Assembly (NCBI RefSeq): GCF_030144855.1
Contig: NC_082718.1
Location: 90,830,001 to 90,894,000 of the forward strand
Source: Hypanus sabinus
Lineage: Eukaryota
DNA length: 64,000 bases
Direction of reading: 5' to 3'
Made by a program: the position numbers and the translations under genes. Of the stretch, positions 1-12,314 are shown piece by piece (position 1 is the stretch's first letter; each line of letters begins with the position of its first letter). Under the pieces are notes generated by a model. It did no database searches. It was not told the origin of the DNA and worked only from the letters and a program-made list of their open reading frames with translations.

Positions 1-583
1 AATAAATGTAGCAGCTCATTTCTGGAATAATTTTATAATTTTAACATTATATAACTGCACATATTGATCCCAAGAAATTTTTTTTTTAATTAATGGTGAC
101 CATTCATCCTTTGCCCTCAACTTTGGAAATCCCATAATTCACATCAATTCTTTAATGAAGACATTTGCACACTTGTCACCTGAACTGGAATAATATAATG
201 ATGAAAAGTAGAATACTTCTGAGAAACTAACCTATAATTACATTTTTAATATGACCTCTACTTCAATGATTTTGAACAGATACAGTGGCATACAAAAGTT
301 TGGGCACCCCTGGTCAAAATTTCTGTTACTGTGAATAGCTAAATAAAAGATGACCTGATTTTCAAAAGGCATAAAGTTAAAGATGACACATTTCTTTAAT
401 ATTTTAAGATTACTTTTTTATTTCCATCTTTTACAGTTTCAAAATAACAAAAAATGAAAAGGGCCCGAAGCAAATGTTTGGGCACTCTGCATGGTGTACT
501 TAGTAACACCCCTTTTGGCAAGTATCACAGCTTGTAAATGCTTTCTGCAGCCAGTTAAGAGTCTTTCAATTCTTGTTTGGGGG

Positions 584-1456
584 TGTTACGTACTCGTGAC
601 ACATGACAGTGGTACCCTTGTCACGTGACTGGGGTTGAAGCTATACTGGACTTGAGGTAATGGTCTTGTGATGGTGGAGTGATGTCATTTTCCTGCCAGT
701 AGAGATCATGTGACAGGTTTTTTTTACAGGTTATAAAAGGAAGACCCCACCCTGTGAGGGGGGGCAGTTCGTGGCTGGATTTGCAATGTTGACTTCATGC
801 CACTGTGTGATTTAATGTGATGATGCAGTTTAGTTGAAGGATGAAGTTTTTATCTAATGCCTAAAGATTAAAAGGTCATTGCCAGCAGTTTCTTTACAAT
901 ACTGCTAGTTGAGAATCAGTGGAGAGTGAAGATCGGAGTTCGGGAGTTAAAGATCGAGGAGAATCAATTTTCGACGGTGAAACGGGTTCGACCTTGTTTA
1001 ATCCTTATTCAGAAGGAATTCGTTGACTGTTCTCGTGTTAATCTCTGCGGGATAGCAGAAAAGATAGAGGACAGTGTGATAAAGGAAAGGTCAGTGCCTT
1101 TAAGCTGTTACGTTTCGTAAATTCTTCGTGGGAAAAAGTTCGACTTGGGGACTGAAGCAAAGCGATGTGAAAGAGAATTTAAGTCGTCTTAAAAACTCTC
1201 TCCCTTAAATGGACTGTGAGCATTTTGAACTTTTGGCAATACTACTTTAAAGAACTGTTTTTGCAACATCGCTTTAAGAACTGTTTGAGCTGCATCGCTT
1301 TAAGAACTGTTTAAGCTGCTGCACAGCAGCTGATTTCCAGTTACGTTAGTGTTTGTTTACTTTTGGGGGGTTTGTTTTCAGTGTTTAATATACGTGTTAT
1401 TTGTTATATAAGCCCTTGCCTAACTCATATATTTATTGTTGCCTGAATACGTAACA
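584..1456 (+). mobile_element. Solo LTR (873 bp, Gypsy-like) nested in Tc1
   Basis: Termini TGTTACGTA...TACGTAACA; 4-bp TSD GGGG/GGGA; absent from the sister Tc1 copy (~20420); TATAAAA at ~732; internal ~26-bp tandem repeat x3 at 1245-1318. Confidence 0.85.
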
Positions 1457-1728
1457 GGGAATTTTCGCCCATTCTTCCTTGCAAAAGGCTTCTAGTTCTG
1501 TGAAATTCTTGGGCCGTCTTGCATGCACTACTCTTTTGAGGTCTATCCAGATTTTCGATAATGTGTTAGTCAGGGGACTGTGAGGGGCATGGCAAAACCT
1601 TCACCTTGTGCCTCTTGAGGTAGTCCATTGTGGATTTTGAGATGTGTTTAGGATCATTATCCTGTTGTAGAAGCCATCCTCTTTTCATCTTCAGCTCTTT
1701 TTTTTTAAAAACAGACACTGTGATGTTT

Positions 1729-1908
1729 AATAGACAATAGGTGCAGAAGTAGACCATTCGGCCCCTCGAGTTTGCACCGCCATTCTGAGATCATGGCTGA
1801 TCATTCACTATCAATACCCAGTCCCTGCCTTGTCCCCATATCCCTTGATTCCCCTATTCATCAGATATCTATCTAGCATTCCCCTATCCATCAGATATCT
1901 ATCTTGTA
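1729..1908 (-). mobile_element. CR1 LINE 3' end nested in Tc1
   Basis: Near-identical to 28826-28950; absent from the sister Tc1; ~30-bp tandem duplication at its 5' junction. Confidence 0.85.
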
Positions 1909-2998
1909 TGCTTCCAGAATTTGTTGGTATTTATTCATTTGAATTCATTCTTCCCTCTACCAGTGAAATGTTCCCCGTGCCACTGGCTGCAACACAAGCT
2001 CAAAGCATGATCAATCCACCCCCGTGCTTAACAGTTGGAGAGGTGTTCTTTTCATGAAATTCTGCACCCTTTTTTCTCCAAACATACCTTTGTTCATTGC
2101 AGCCAAAAAGTTCTAATTTAACATCACCAGTCCATAGGACTTGTTTCCAAAAGGCACCAGGCTTGTTTAGATGTTCCTTTGCAAACTTCTGTCACTGAAT
2201 TTTGTGGTGAGGATTCAGGAAAGGTTTTCTTCTCATGACTCTTCCATGAAGGTGTTATTTGTGCAGGTGCCGCTGCACAGTAGAACAGTGCACCACCACT
2301 CCAGAGTCTGCTAAACCTTCCTGAAGGTCTTTTGCAGTCAAACAGGGGTTTTGATTTGCCTTTCTAGCAATCCTACGAGCAGTTCTCTTGGAATGTTTTC
2401 TTGGTCTTACAGACCTCCACCATTCCTGTTAACTGCCATTTCTTAATTACATTAAAAATTGAGGAAATGGCTACCTGAAAACACTTTGCTATCTTCTTAT
2501 AGCCTTCTCCTGCTTTGTGAGCATCATTTATTTTAATTTTCGGAGTACTAGGCAGCTGCTTAGAGGAGCCCATGGCTGCTGTGTGTTGGGACAAGGTTTG
2601 AGGAGTCAGGGTATTTATAAAGCTTTGAAATTTGCAACACCTGGTCTTTCCTAATGATGACTGTGAACAAGCCATAGCCCTAACAAGCTAATTAAGGTCT
2701 GACACCTTGGTAAAAGTTATCTGGGAGCTCAAATCTCTTGGGGTGCCAAAACTTTTGTGTGGTGCTCCTTTCCTTTTTTTCAACTCCAAAATTGTACAAA
2801 ACAAAAATAATATACTAATCTTGCTTAAAACGTTGAAAAGAATGTTTCATCTTTAACTTTATGACTTTTGAACTATTCACAGTAACAGAAATTTTGACCG
2901 GGGTGCCCAAACCTTTACATGCCACTGTATTTATTTCATGTAAATAGAGTGCAAAATACTGTTTTGCTATGTTACCACATCAATGAAGGTGTACCTAC

Positions 2999-3514
2999 CT
3001 GCAGATCTGTAATTGACACTCTGTGAGACTCAACTGTTGGCCGACGAGGCAATCGAGGAGAAGAATGTGGTGATGTAATTGGAGAATATGGTAAAGAAGG
3101 ATAAATATAACGTCCATTAATGGTTGAGCAGCTTCCAGATGACTGTGTCAAATTAGATCTTTCTTGAAGAGATAGCTTCCGATCTGACATATTTAACCTA
3201 ATTCTAGGTATTCGGACATCTTCTGACTGAGCTCTTTCTAATCGTCCTGCAGATTTATCACAACATGGTCTGATCTCTTCATTACTGTCTTGCATAGGTT
3301 CATCTTCCAGCATTTCTTCTCCATTTTGTCCTAGCTCACCGCCAGTGACGTTCTGATCACATTCAGTTACAATAATGAAAGACTCCATACCTAAGTCAAT
3401 GTTTAGGGATGATAGACCACTACTAATATCTGGCTGATCGACGCTGTTACCACATTGTTCATCCTTGTTAATAGGCTTCCTAGCAGTCGATCTGCTTGAG
3501 ACACATGATGACAT
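2999..3514 (-). CDS. CAMKK2: CaMKK2 first coding exon (exon 3566-2999; CDS from ATG at 3514)
   Basis: MSSCVSS N-terminus, RKLSLQER, YPSLPYSPITSPHSSPRLPRRPTVES motifs; acceptor tttgtttag at 3567, donor CAG|gtaggt at 2998; synteny with ANAPC5 and RNF34. Confidence 0.95.
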
Positions 3515-4209
3515 GATGTCCTTCTTAGTATCATCCAAATGGACAGGTCACATGACCTAGCGTTGCCTAAACAAATAATATAAGCTGGTTAGAAAAAATA
3601 TTTAAATCACATTAGCTATTGATGAATTATCCAGTGAGGACTACTATCAATTGTAGTGGAAATATCTTGCAACTTGAAATCAGTCCCATAGTAAAGAAAT
3701 GCTCTATTCAGTTATTAGAAACTCAGGTTTCATTTTATTCAACAATACCATGAACGGCAAAAGGAAAAAAAAAGTGCCCACATCATCCGGAGAGGATCAC
3801 AGCAAAATTTGATAGTAACTATTGAAGTTCTTTTTCTTACATTAAGGGTCAAAAGATGTATTTGGCCATTAAAGAATGTTGATGAAAAGCTTAAACATGA
3901 ATGATGGTATACAGCAACAATGCTAAATCAGTATTTTTAGTTGTCTTAGTTCATAAATTTAAAGTTGTCACCAAAATGAATGGTCAGTGCTAAAATTGTT
4001 AATATTAAAACTGATGAGCATATTGGCATACATAAATTAGGAATATTGAAGTGCAGTGTATGATATCAGTTTGAGAGTCACTAAAGAGGACATGTATACT
4101 TCCTTAGCTTTAACTCTGATCTCATTTAATGTCTGTTCTTTGTCAATGTCAATATCTAGTTCTTAATAATAATTAATAATACTGCATGGAATTACTAAGC
4201 ACACTATTT

Positions 4210-4411
4210 GAGAGACCGGACCCGTCTCTCGGTTTCTTTTCGCACTACCTTACTTTCCCTTTTCTATTTTCTAATTATGATTGATCATATAAATTTTTAA
4301 AAATTATATTTACTTCGATTTGTACTCCAAAGAGTGCGAAGCGCAGAATCAAATATCACTGTGATGATTGTACGCTCTAGTATCAACTGTTGATGACAAT
4401 AAAGTAAATAA
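4210..4411 (+). mobile_element. LINE (L2/Rex1-type) 3' UTR fragment
   Basis: Ends in GACAATAAAGTAAA tail like other L2-type ends in this window. Confidence 0.5.
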
Positions 4412-6299
4412 CGTATGGAATGTTTCATATGATGCTAAACAAAAAGCTTTTCACTATATCTTGGTACACATGACAATAAAAAACAATACAAACTTCCTTG
4501 TTTTTTAACCATAGTGCAAAGGAATCTAGTTATTTTCAAGATTCCTCGCCTAAGCAATGTTGTTTTTCCTATAAATGTATCTTTAAAGGATACATACTCA
4601 AGCATGTTACAAAATATACATCCATTGTTAGATGCTCCAATACTACTTACAACATATTCATGTGCATGCAAATATGGCAAATAGCATGATCCAAGAGAAA
4701 CAATTGCTACTAGATAATGTGCCCACTTCCACTTTCGTTTCCTTATTTTGTAGCTTCATCTCTCAGACAAAGCTTTTCATGGCAGGTTACAATATTTGTG
4801 GCATTAGAGAGCATAGATTAGCCTTGAAGGTAAATATCAAAAAATGTTAATTGCACCTCCAAGATCAATACAAAATGTATTTTAATAAATAATTGAAATT
4901 GATGTATACAATTAAGTAACACCAAATCTTTTGACTAAAAAACATTTTTGCACCTTTTTTTTGATACTTTTCATCTTCCCCTCTCTGAAACAGAAAATGC
5001 AAGGAGTTCCTATCTTATAAACACAGTAAGTCAGCACTTGTTCTCCAATGATCTCATCACCAATATCCAGTTCAGTTTCAACAAAATTACTGAGTTCTTG
5101 ACCTAATTTTAGCCTTATATCAAATACTGACAAAAAAGCTCAGCACAGTGGGAGAACATTCACCTTCTGTGATGATTCAGGAACGCCACTTACTTTCACA
5201 TTCTCGTGCAATTTGGGTAATAAACTAGGGACAGGGAACATCCAAATCCTAAAAATGAATTAAAACACTGCAGACTGTAGGCTCATTTAAAAAAAAAATT
5301 CTCTGAAATATAAACTGGCGGATAATTTGGAAACAACTCTCTAACAAGTACCGCCAAAGACTCTGTTTATACTGCATAGCTTAGTAAATATTTTTATGCC
5401 TGTAAAACACTTCAATGTTTCAATAAGTTTTTGATAGCAAGTAACTTTTATGTTTTTACAATGTTTAGAGCAATAAAGTACAGAACATGCCACTTTGGTC
5501 CAACTCCTACATGTTACACAAGTCATCCACGCTGACCAAGGTGGCCAAATCAGCCTGCATAAAGGCTACTTGCCTGCATTTAGCCTTTAATTCTTTCCTA
5601 TCTGTATAATTATCTCAATATTTTTAAAATGTCATTATTGTAAATGTTTCAAATACTTTCTCTGGCAAGTCCCTCAATATTAGTACTATCCTTAGACTAC
5701 TGGAAGAATCTGCTGCTCAGGTCCCTTTTCACTTTAAAATCTATGCCTGCAGATTTTGGTTCCCTTTCCTTCCATGTCTATGCATATTTTTATGTTCAGC
5801 ATTTTCACAGCAAAACTACAAATAATTGCAAAGTTTTTTTTGCTACCTTATTTATGGACGTTGATCTTTTAGCCAAGCACATCGTTTAGTCTCAAAGTTT
5901 TAAAATAACTCAGTTATTTTACCCAGTTGACCTCAAATTTAATTGTCCCTTGGGGAATCGTGGAAGTACGATGATTTTGGTTAGTGCGTCTTAATGAAGT
6001 GTAACTGAACCCCCATTGGAAAGCTCTGATAAAGCAGTGAGCTCAACTGCCTCGGGAGGATTAAATTGTGCAGATTAATATTACCTTCCCGTTGAAACAA
6101 GGCGATACAGAAGCCAGCAGAATTAACAGGTAACATAAAATATTACTTCAAAGGAGTTATATAATTATATAAAAACAAGTTCCAATGTGTTTAATTCATA
6201 CCTTACTGCGCCTCGAGATTTTTATTTTAAGACTTTGTTTTTGAAGATAATTTAAATATGAACAGGGAACACCCACAAAATTATTGCAAAAATGAAACG

Positions 6300-7060
6300 T
6301 ACGTTGGCATTGAACATAGCGTTCAATATCAACGCATGGTGTGAATGAACAGCGAGACCAGAGAGACCTGACAAACAGAGCAGAGATGATCTATTTGTAA
6401 AGCTTTCCAGCTGCAATTTCCTGGGCGACAGGCACGGCCTCGGTAAGGAGACCAGAGAAAAATTCTAGGCCTGAAACAAAGACCCCTCCCTCCCTCTCTC
6501 CGTCGCCGTCTCCCCGCTAACTTAACAACATGCTTTGTTGGTGCTACCAGCCAGATTTCGAAATCGAAGTGCAAATCACTGGCAATTTTCTGCGCCCACA
6601 ACCTCCAGTCCAGCGATTTTTTTTTTAAAAAAAGGACGTCGGAGGATGCTGCTGGATTCCTCAGTCAGGGGGTTCGAAACTACACCAAGTCCTTCCTGCT
6701 GCATCCTGTAGTCAACATCCCGGCTGCCGGGAATGTCAGACACCGGGATAGACGTCAGGTTTCCGAGAACAACGGCCTGACAATACCTTCATGGCAGTTC
6801 CTTGAACTGCCCGTCCGGAGCCCTGGGCGACGCGTCGCTCCGCCGCAACCGACGGCAGCAGCTCGCGCTCCGTCAACCGGCCGTCCGCTCGCGCTGCGAC
6901 GCTCGCACTCGCGGCCAGACAACGGGGGCTGATTGACATTTGCTTTTGCCAATTAGCAGCGGGCTTCCACGCCGTACAGGAAACTTCAGAGGAGGGATGA
7001 ACCACGGAGAGGTTGTGTGTGGGGGGGGGGGGGGGGGGAAGAGAGCTGAGGAACCTAAAA
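6300..7060 (-). promoter_or_regulatory. CAMKK2: CpG-rich region; probable CAMKK2 promoter / non-coding first exon
   Basis: Abrupt GC/CpG enrichment ~3 kb upstream of the coding exon, which itself has an acceptor; CCAAT at ~6949, CRE-like GACGTCA at 6751, G18 run at 7021-7038. TSS not determinable. Confidence 0.7.
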
Positions 7061-7329
7061 TATTTCAGGCAGCACCTGAAATTTAACATCTCAGAGTGAC
7101 GACCTTCCACCTGAGAGAGCAACCTTGAAGTCTGCAAAAGAACATTTGAAAGTTGGCGTGGCTTAGCCAACCAAATTAGAAAGCTGAAGTGAATGTATCA
7201 GTAACTTTCAATAGGAAATTTATTGTGCTTCGGGGAAATGGTCTAGTCAAAGTGGCTATTACAGAGGCGTCGGACTAGTCTCTGAGCAGATGTGCCGTGG
7301 TAGAGTGAACAACTTTCATGCCGTACATC

Positions 7330-7470
7330 CAGCGTCCTGATAAAAGGGTCTCGGCCCGAAACGTTGGTTGTTTATTGTTTCCCATAGACGCTGCCCGGCC
7401 TGCTGAGTTCCTCCAGCATTTTGTGTGTGTCGCTTTGATTTCCAGTACCTGCAGATTTTCTCGTGTTTGA
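7330..7470 (+). mobile_element. Penelope-like element terminal-repeat fragment
   Basis: CTGATAAAAGGGTCTCGGCCCGAAACGTT...GCTGCCCGGCCTGCTGAGTTCCTCCAGCATTTTGTGTG...CTGCAGATTTTCT; related copies at ~30100-30270, ~53905-54150, ~55990-56450. Confidence 0.7.
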
Positions 7471-8569
7471 GATCCATGCAGATCAATTCACTACAATGGA
7501 ATGAGACAGTGCAAGGGAAAATAATAACAGAACTCAACATAAATTGTTTTGGTGCAGATAAAATGCAGTGCAGGTAGATGTAAAGTGTTAGGTCACAACA
7601 AGGCAGATGGAGGCAAGAGTCTGTCATACAGTAGTAGGAAACCATCCAATATTCCGACAGCAGAATAGAAGCTCTCCTTGAGTCTGGTGTTATGTGCTTT
7701 TAAGTTTTTGTACCTTTTGTCCAGTGGGGTTGGAGGGCTGAGGAGAATGTTCAACTGGGTGGGATCTTTGATTGTGCTGGTTGCTGTACTGAAGCGGCGA
7801 GAAGTGCAGACGAGTCCATGAAAGGTAAGTGGGGTTCAGTGATAAGCTGCGTCCACAAGTCTCTGCAGTTTCTTGCAGTTGTGGGCAGAACACTGTGATG
7901 CTTCAGGTTAGGATGCATTCTATGATGCAACCATAAAAATTTGAGGGTCAAAGGAGACATACAAAATGTCTTAGCCCCTCCCCACCAGGAAGTAAAGGCA
8001 CTGGTGATACCAGAATGCTCATTTGTTGAACTTATGACACAAAATATTACATAGCACCTGCATTCATTTCACCAACTAGCATAAGAAATGACTTTGTGGT
8101 TCTTTTCATGTTAGATTTCTCAAATTACTTTGGAATGATTTTAGATTTGTTTGCGGACACTAGCTGAGAAAGAGTGTAAAGTATAAACTGGAATCAGCAC
8201 ATTTCTCTGATTAGCTTGCATTAGCCAGATTATAGATGCTTATACCCAACAGCCAGGAGCTATATGTCATTCTTGGGTAGTAAACACAAATTGTGTTGGA
8301 GTTTAATTAATGATGGAAGTGCTGAAACCAGTAGTTACAGATGGTTCCATCCTTGCATATATCTTTCCATTCAAAAAAATTAGCATGACACTCAAGAAAC
8401 TCCCAAGCTACCACTTTTACCCCAGGAACCATTTACAAACGTATAATGAGCAGACAATATTCTTAAAGTTTGCAGTTCTCTAAAAATAAATCAGCTTGTA
8501 AAAAGAATTGGAGTCAAGACTCGAAAACAAATTGTCTACAGATTAGCTGTCTCAGAGTTGTTGAGCTCC

Positions 8570-10050
8570 ACAACACAGAAACAAGTCCTTTGGTCCATCT
8601 GATCCACACCAAATTGTTATTCTACCTAGCCCATTGACCGACATCTGGACCACAACCTTTCATGCCCCTCTGATCAACGTACTTATCCCAACTTCTCTTA
8701 ACTGTTGCAATTGAAATGTCAGCCACCACTTCCGCTTGCAGGTCATTCCACACTCACACCACCATCTGAGTGAATAAGTTCCCTCTTAAATGTTTCACCT
8801 TTTACTCTTAACCTATGATCTCAAGTTCCAGTCTCAGACAACCTCAGAAGAAAAAGCCTGTTCGCATATACCCCTCTACACCTCTCATAATTTTGCATGC
8901 CTCTATCAAATCTCCCCTCATTCTCCTACACTCCAGAGAATGAAGTCCTAATCTACTCAACCTTTCCCTATAACTCAGGTTCTGGCCACAGACTTGTAAA
9001 TTTTCTCTGCTTTCTTTCAATCTTATTGATATCTTTCCCGGTGCACACCATACTCTAAATCTGGCCTCACCAACATACAACTGGCCAACTGGTATTATAC
9101 AACTAGCCAAAAGTTGTCATTATGAACTTATCTACTTATGACACCGCTTTCAAGAAATTATGGAATTTCCAGCTCCCTCTGTTCTACTGCATTCCTCAGT
9201 GCCCTACTGTTTACTGTACTAGTCCTTTCCTGGTTTGTCCTTCCAAAGCGCAATATCTCATACTTGGCTGCATTAAATTACAGCTGCCACTTTTCCAAAG
9301 TTTAAAGTAAATTTATTATTAAAGTATATATACATCACCATATACAATCCTGAGATCCATGTTTTGGTGGGCATATTCAATAAATCCAATAACCAAAATA
9401 GTATCAATGAAAGACCGCACCAACTGGGCGTACAACCAGTGTGCAAAAGACAACAAACTAAGCAAATACAAATAGAAAGAAAATAATTATAAATAAGCAA
9501 TCGAGAACATGAGACGACGATTCCTTGGAAGGGATCCCGCTGCAAGCTTTGATGGTCTTCCTTGCTATCCACTACACACCCAGTCTTGTGTCATCTACAA
9601 ATTTACTGATCCAGTTTAACTACATTATCATCTAGATCATTGATATGGACGCAACACCAATTCCTACAGCACACTTCTAGTCACAGGCCTTCAGTCCAAG
9701 AAACAATCATGTACTACCGCTCTCTGGCTTCTTTTGCTAAGACAAAGTTGAATCCCATTTACTACTTCATCTTGAAAGTTAAGCAGCTTAACTTCTGGAC
9801 CAGCCTCCATGTGGGGCCTTGCCAAAGTCCACCTAGACAACATCCACTGCCTTTTCATCATCAACTTTCCTGGTGACCTCCTCAAAAAAAACTCATTAAG
9901 ACTGTTTAGATATAACCTACCACATACTGTATAAACCATGTTGACTTCCTCTAATCAAGCCCTATCCAATTACTTATACATCCTGTCAATTAGACCTCCC
10001 AATAATTTACCCACTAGTGACATTGATTCACCAGCCTACAATTTTCCAGC
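8570..10050 (-). mobile_element. Degenerate CR1 LINE 3' portion, interrupted by an L2-type 3' fragment (~9297-9527)
   Basis: Minus-strand LSYRERLSRLGLHSLECRRMRGDLIE (CR1 ORF2 C-terminus) and RT remnants. Confidence 0.85.
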
Positions 10051-10430
10051 TTATTTTTCACCGGTTATTACAACCCATTTGCAAAATGAAGGATTACCTA
10101 AATGTAAATGTTAGAGTGCTAAAATCATTTCCTGGTGACACATCTTCTATTCATTATCATCAGACCATGGATAATAATGAATGGAAGACATGTCAGAGTG
10201 AACGATTAAATCTGTTGTTGACATATTTATTCCTATATGATAAACTGAAACTACAATCATTCCTTTGAATAACAATACAAAAACAATTAGTCATTTATTT
10301 GCATTATTAAGCATCTTTTATATTGTTCTAATAGTTTAACAAGATTAACTATATGGCCATTTTCTTCATTAGCCTCACACCAATTAAGAACCAGATAGAC
10401 TGCCTAAATTTATAGATTTTTTAAAAAATT

Positions 10431-10683
10431 TGAGATACAGCACAGAGTAGGCCTTTCCAGTCCTTCAAACCATGCCGCCCAACAATCCACCAATTTAATG
10501 CTCACCTAATCACAGGTCAACTTACAATGATCAATTAACCTACCAGCTGGTCTTTGGTATGTGGGAGGAAACCCATGCAGTCGCGGGGAGAACGTACAAA
10601 CTCCTTACAGACAGCAGCAGACATTGAAACCAGGTCGCCTGTGCTGTAAAACGTTGTGTTAACCACTCCCCTACCGTGCTGCC
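10431..10683 (-). mobile_element. tRNA-derived V-SINE (HE1-like)
   Basis: Minus strand begins GGCAGCACGGTAGGGGAGTGGTTAACAC with A/B-box-like motifs, then V-domain-like GGAGTTTGTACGTTCTCCCC..GGGTTTCCTCC and a CR1-like tail. Confidence 0.8.
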
Positions 10684-11555
10684 CAACTTCATAGCACTTG
10701 CACTCAGGAGGATTTCACTGTATTATTCTTAGATTCCAAATCAAGTGAAGAGTGTGGGTAAACACCTTCTCCGTGAGGTGTAAGCAACCCTGCATTATCA
10801 ACTGTTTACAAGCATCCACAACAACATACCTTCAATGATACCACATATATTTTGTCATCCAGTGTCCATCAGGATTCACATCTTTGACACTTCCCTGAAT
10901 GAAGATTTTGCAAATAAACTTTTAAATGCTACTTTTGTTCCTGTAGCTCACTTTGCACACCTGTATGCTTAGCATCAACACTGCAGGTACACAACGGATT
11001 TTTTAAAATATTTTCAGTTTGTCAAAAATATAACTGCTCTATTGTTCTGCCAATATTGCAGTATTTCCTTCTTGTCACAAACGAATATATTGTAAATGTA
11101 TTGGCTGCAATGTTTCTGACAGAGGTTAAGAAAGGTACTAACTAAATGCTGCAGTAAAATACTGCAGAATGCTGCAGTATTATATTGCAGATGCTGAAAA
11201 ACTGATGTAATGTGACATATTCTCCATTCTTCCCAATAAGCAACTACATTGTCAATAAAATGTAATTAGAATGCAATTGATATTTTGAGAATGGAATCAT
11301 TAAATTATGTAGTCTCAGGCTTGGTTATCTGTTTCTTTTTATTTCAGTGGTAGATTTTTGCAGCTCAAAATATAATGCTGCATTAAACTAATTTTGTCTC
11401 ACACAATATCTTGTGCCATGCCTTGTAACATGGTTGCCATAACAGCACATCTTATCATGTGATTAACATAGCATTGAAAGTACTCACTAGCATTTTTAAA
11501 TTACAGATACCTAAAATGAGATGATGATGAAACATCATGCACCAGATTTAATAAA

Positions 11556-11561
11556 TTTATT
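11556..11561 (-). terminator. Candidate ANAPC5 polyadenylation signal
   Basis: AATAAA on minus strand ~750 nt past the stop, with GU-rich sequence downstream; other candidates at 11602-11607 and ~12255. Confidence 0.4.
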
Positions 11562-12314
11562 AAAATTCAAGCATTGCATCACATCATTATAATAAAGTCC
11601 ATTTATTGTGAATTAAGGGAACAGGAAAGAGTGAAAGCTTTAAGGGTTGGAAAGAGGTTTGGAATAATTCAACAATTAATTGATTAGTGGAGTGGAATAT
11701 ACCTTACAAAACTGAACAGAAACAGATGCCTTAAATCATAAAGAAACTAATTTTCAGGACCATCACAATTCCTTATAAAACGTTCATGTTACTTATGCCA
11801 CAATATTTCTTGTGAGAACCATATTTTTACAACAGTTATACATCAGGAGGCCGATGAAAGTAAAAGGAAGTTGCTGCAATCATTGTATACAATTTAAAAT
11901 TTTATACTTAATTACATTTAATTTTCAATGGTTCCACATAGCAACTTTAGAATTAAAACAAATCAAGCTGATTGAATAGATTCTTCGAATCAATCTGAAC
12001 TGGAGATCACATTGCTTAAGTGACTAGGGTTAATTTCAAGTACTTAAGATATGTTTATGTCACAGCAATGCTGTAAACTACAAGTAAATACACAATTTGC
12101 TGTAAAGCAATCAGTCAGTTTCTAAGTCTACAATAAACCCAGAGAAACTCCCTATTTTTTAGCTGAGCAGCACAGCTAATTTGCTAACGTGCTTTGTCAA
12201 TGCTCTAAATTTATAGAAGACCAGAATTTCAGTTTATTTCAAAGTCAGCAATAATTTATTAACTGTCCTCAGAAGCTTCATTTCTAAATTTTACAGCTCA
12301 GATTTTATGAAATG

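Larger units (their letters stand above)
283..2927 (-). mobile_element. Tc1/mariner DNA transposon (IR/DR type), defective; hosts a solo LTR and a CR1 fragment
   Basis: TA-flanked (281-282, 2928-2929). Termini CAGTGGCATACAAAAGTTTGGGCACCCC / GGGGTGCCCAAACCTTTACATGCCACTG with inner direct repeats. Minus-strand transposase fragments MGSSKQL..GYKKIAK and QQDNDPKH..PSQSPD, frameshifted. Collinear with the copy at 20126-21727. Confidence 0.95.

Noticed and set aside
1245-1318. Short direct repeats resembling a CRISPR array
   Set aside because: Tandem repeat inside an LTR with no unique spacers; eukaryotic context.
2654-2702. TGATGA...CTGA resembling a C/D snoRNA
   Set aside because: Inside the Tc1 element, antisense to the host gene, and the C box is not kept in the sister copy.
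2972-3538. ORF-track 188-aa protein starting MDDTKK
   Set aside because: Starts at TTG and runs into the intron; the supported CDS is ATG 3514 to donor 2999.
4210-4230. Hairpin GAGAGAC-N7-GTCTCTC
   Set aside because: Only 7 bp, at a LINE truncation junction; no evidence of a structured RNA.
6668-6682. GGTTCGAAAC B-box-like motif suggesting a tRNA
   Set aside because: No cloverleaf or acceptor stem around it.
6736-7170. 144-aa ORF with a poly-Pro stretch
   Set aside because: By-product of the GC-rich promoter and G18 run; non-ATG start, no recognisable domain.
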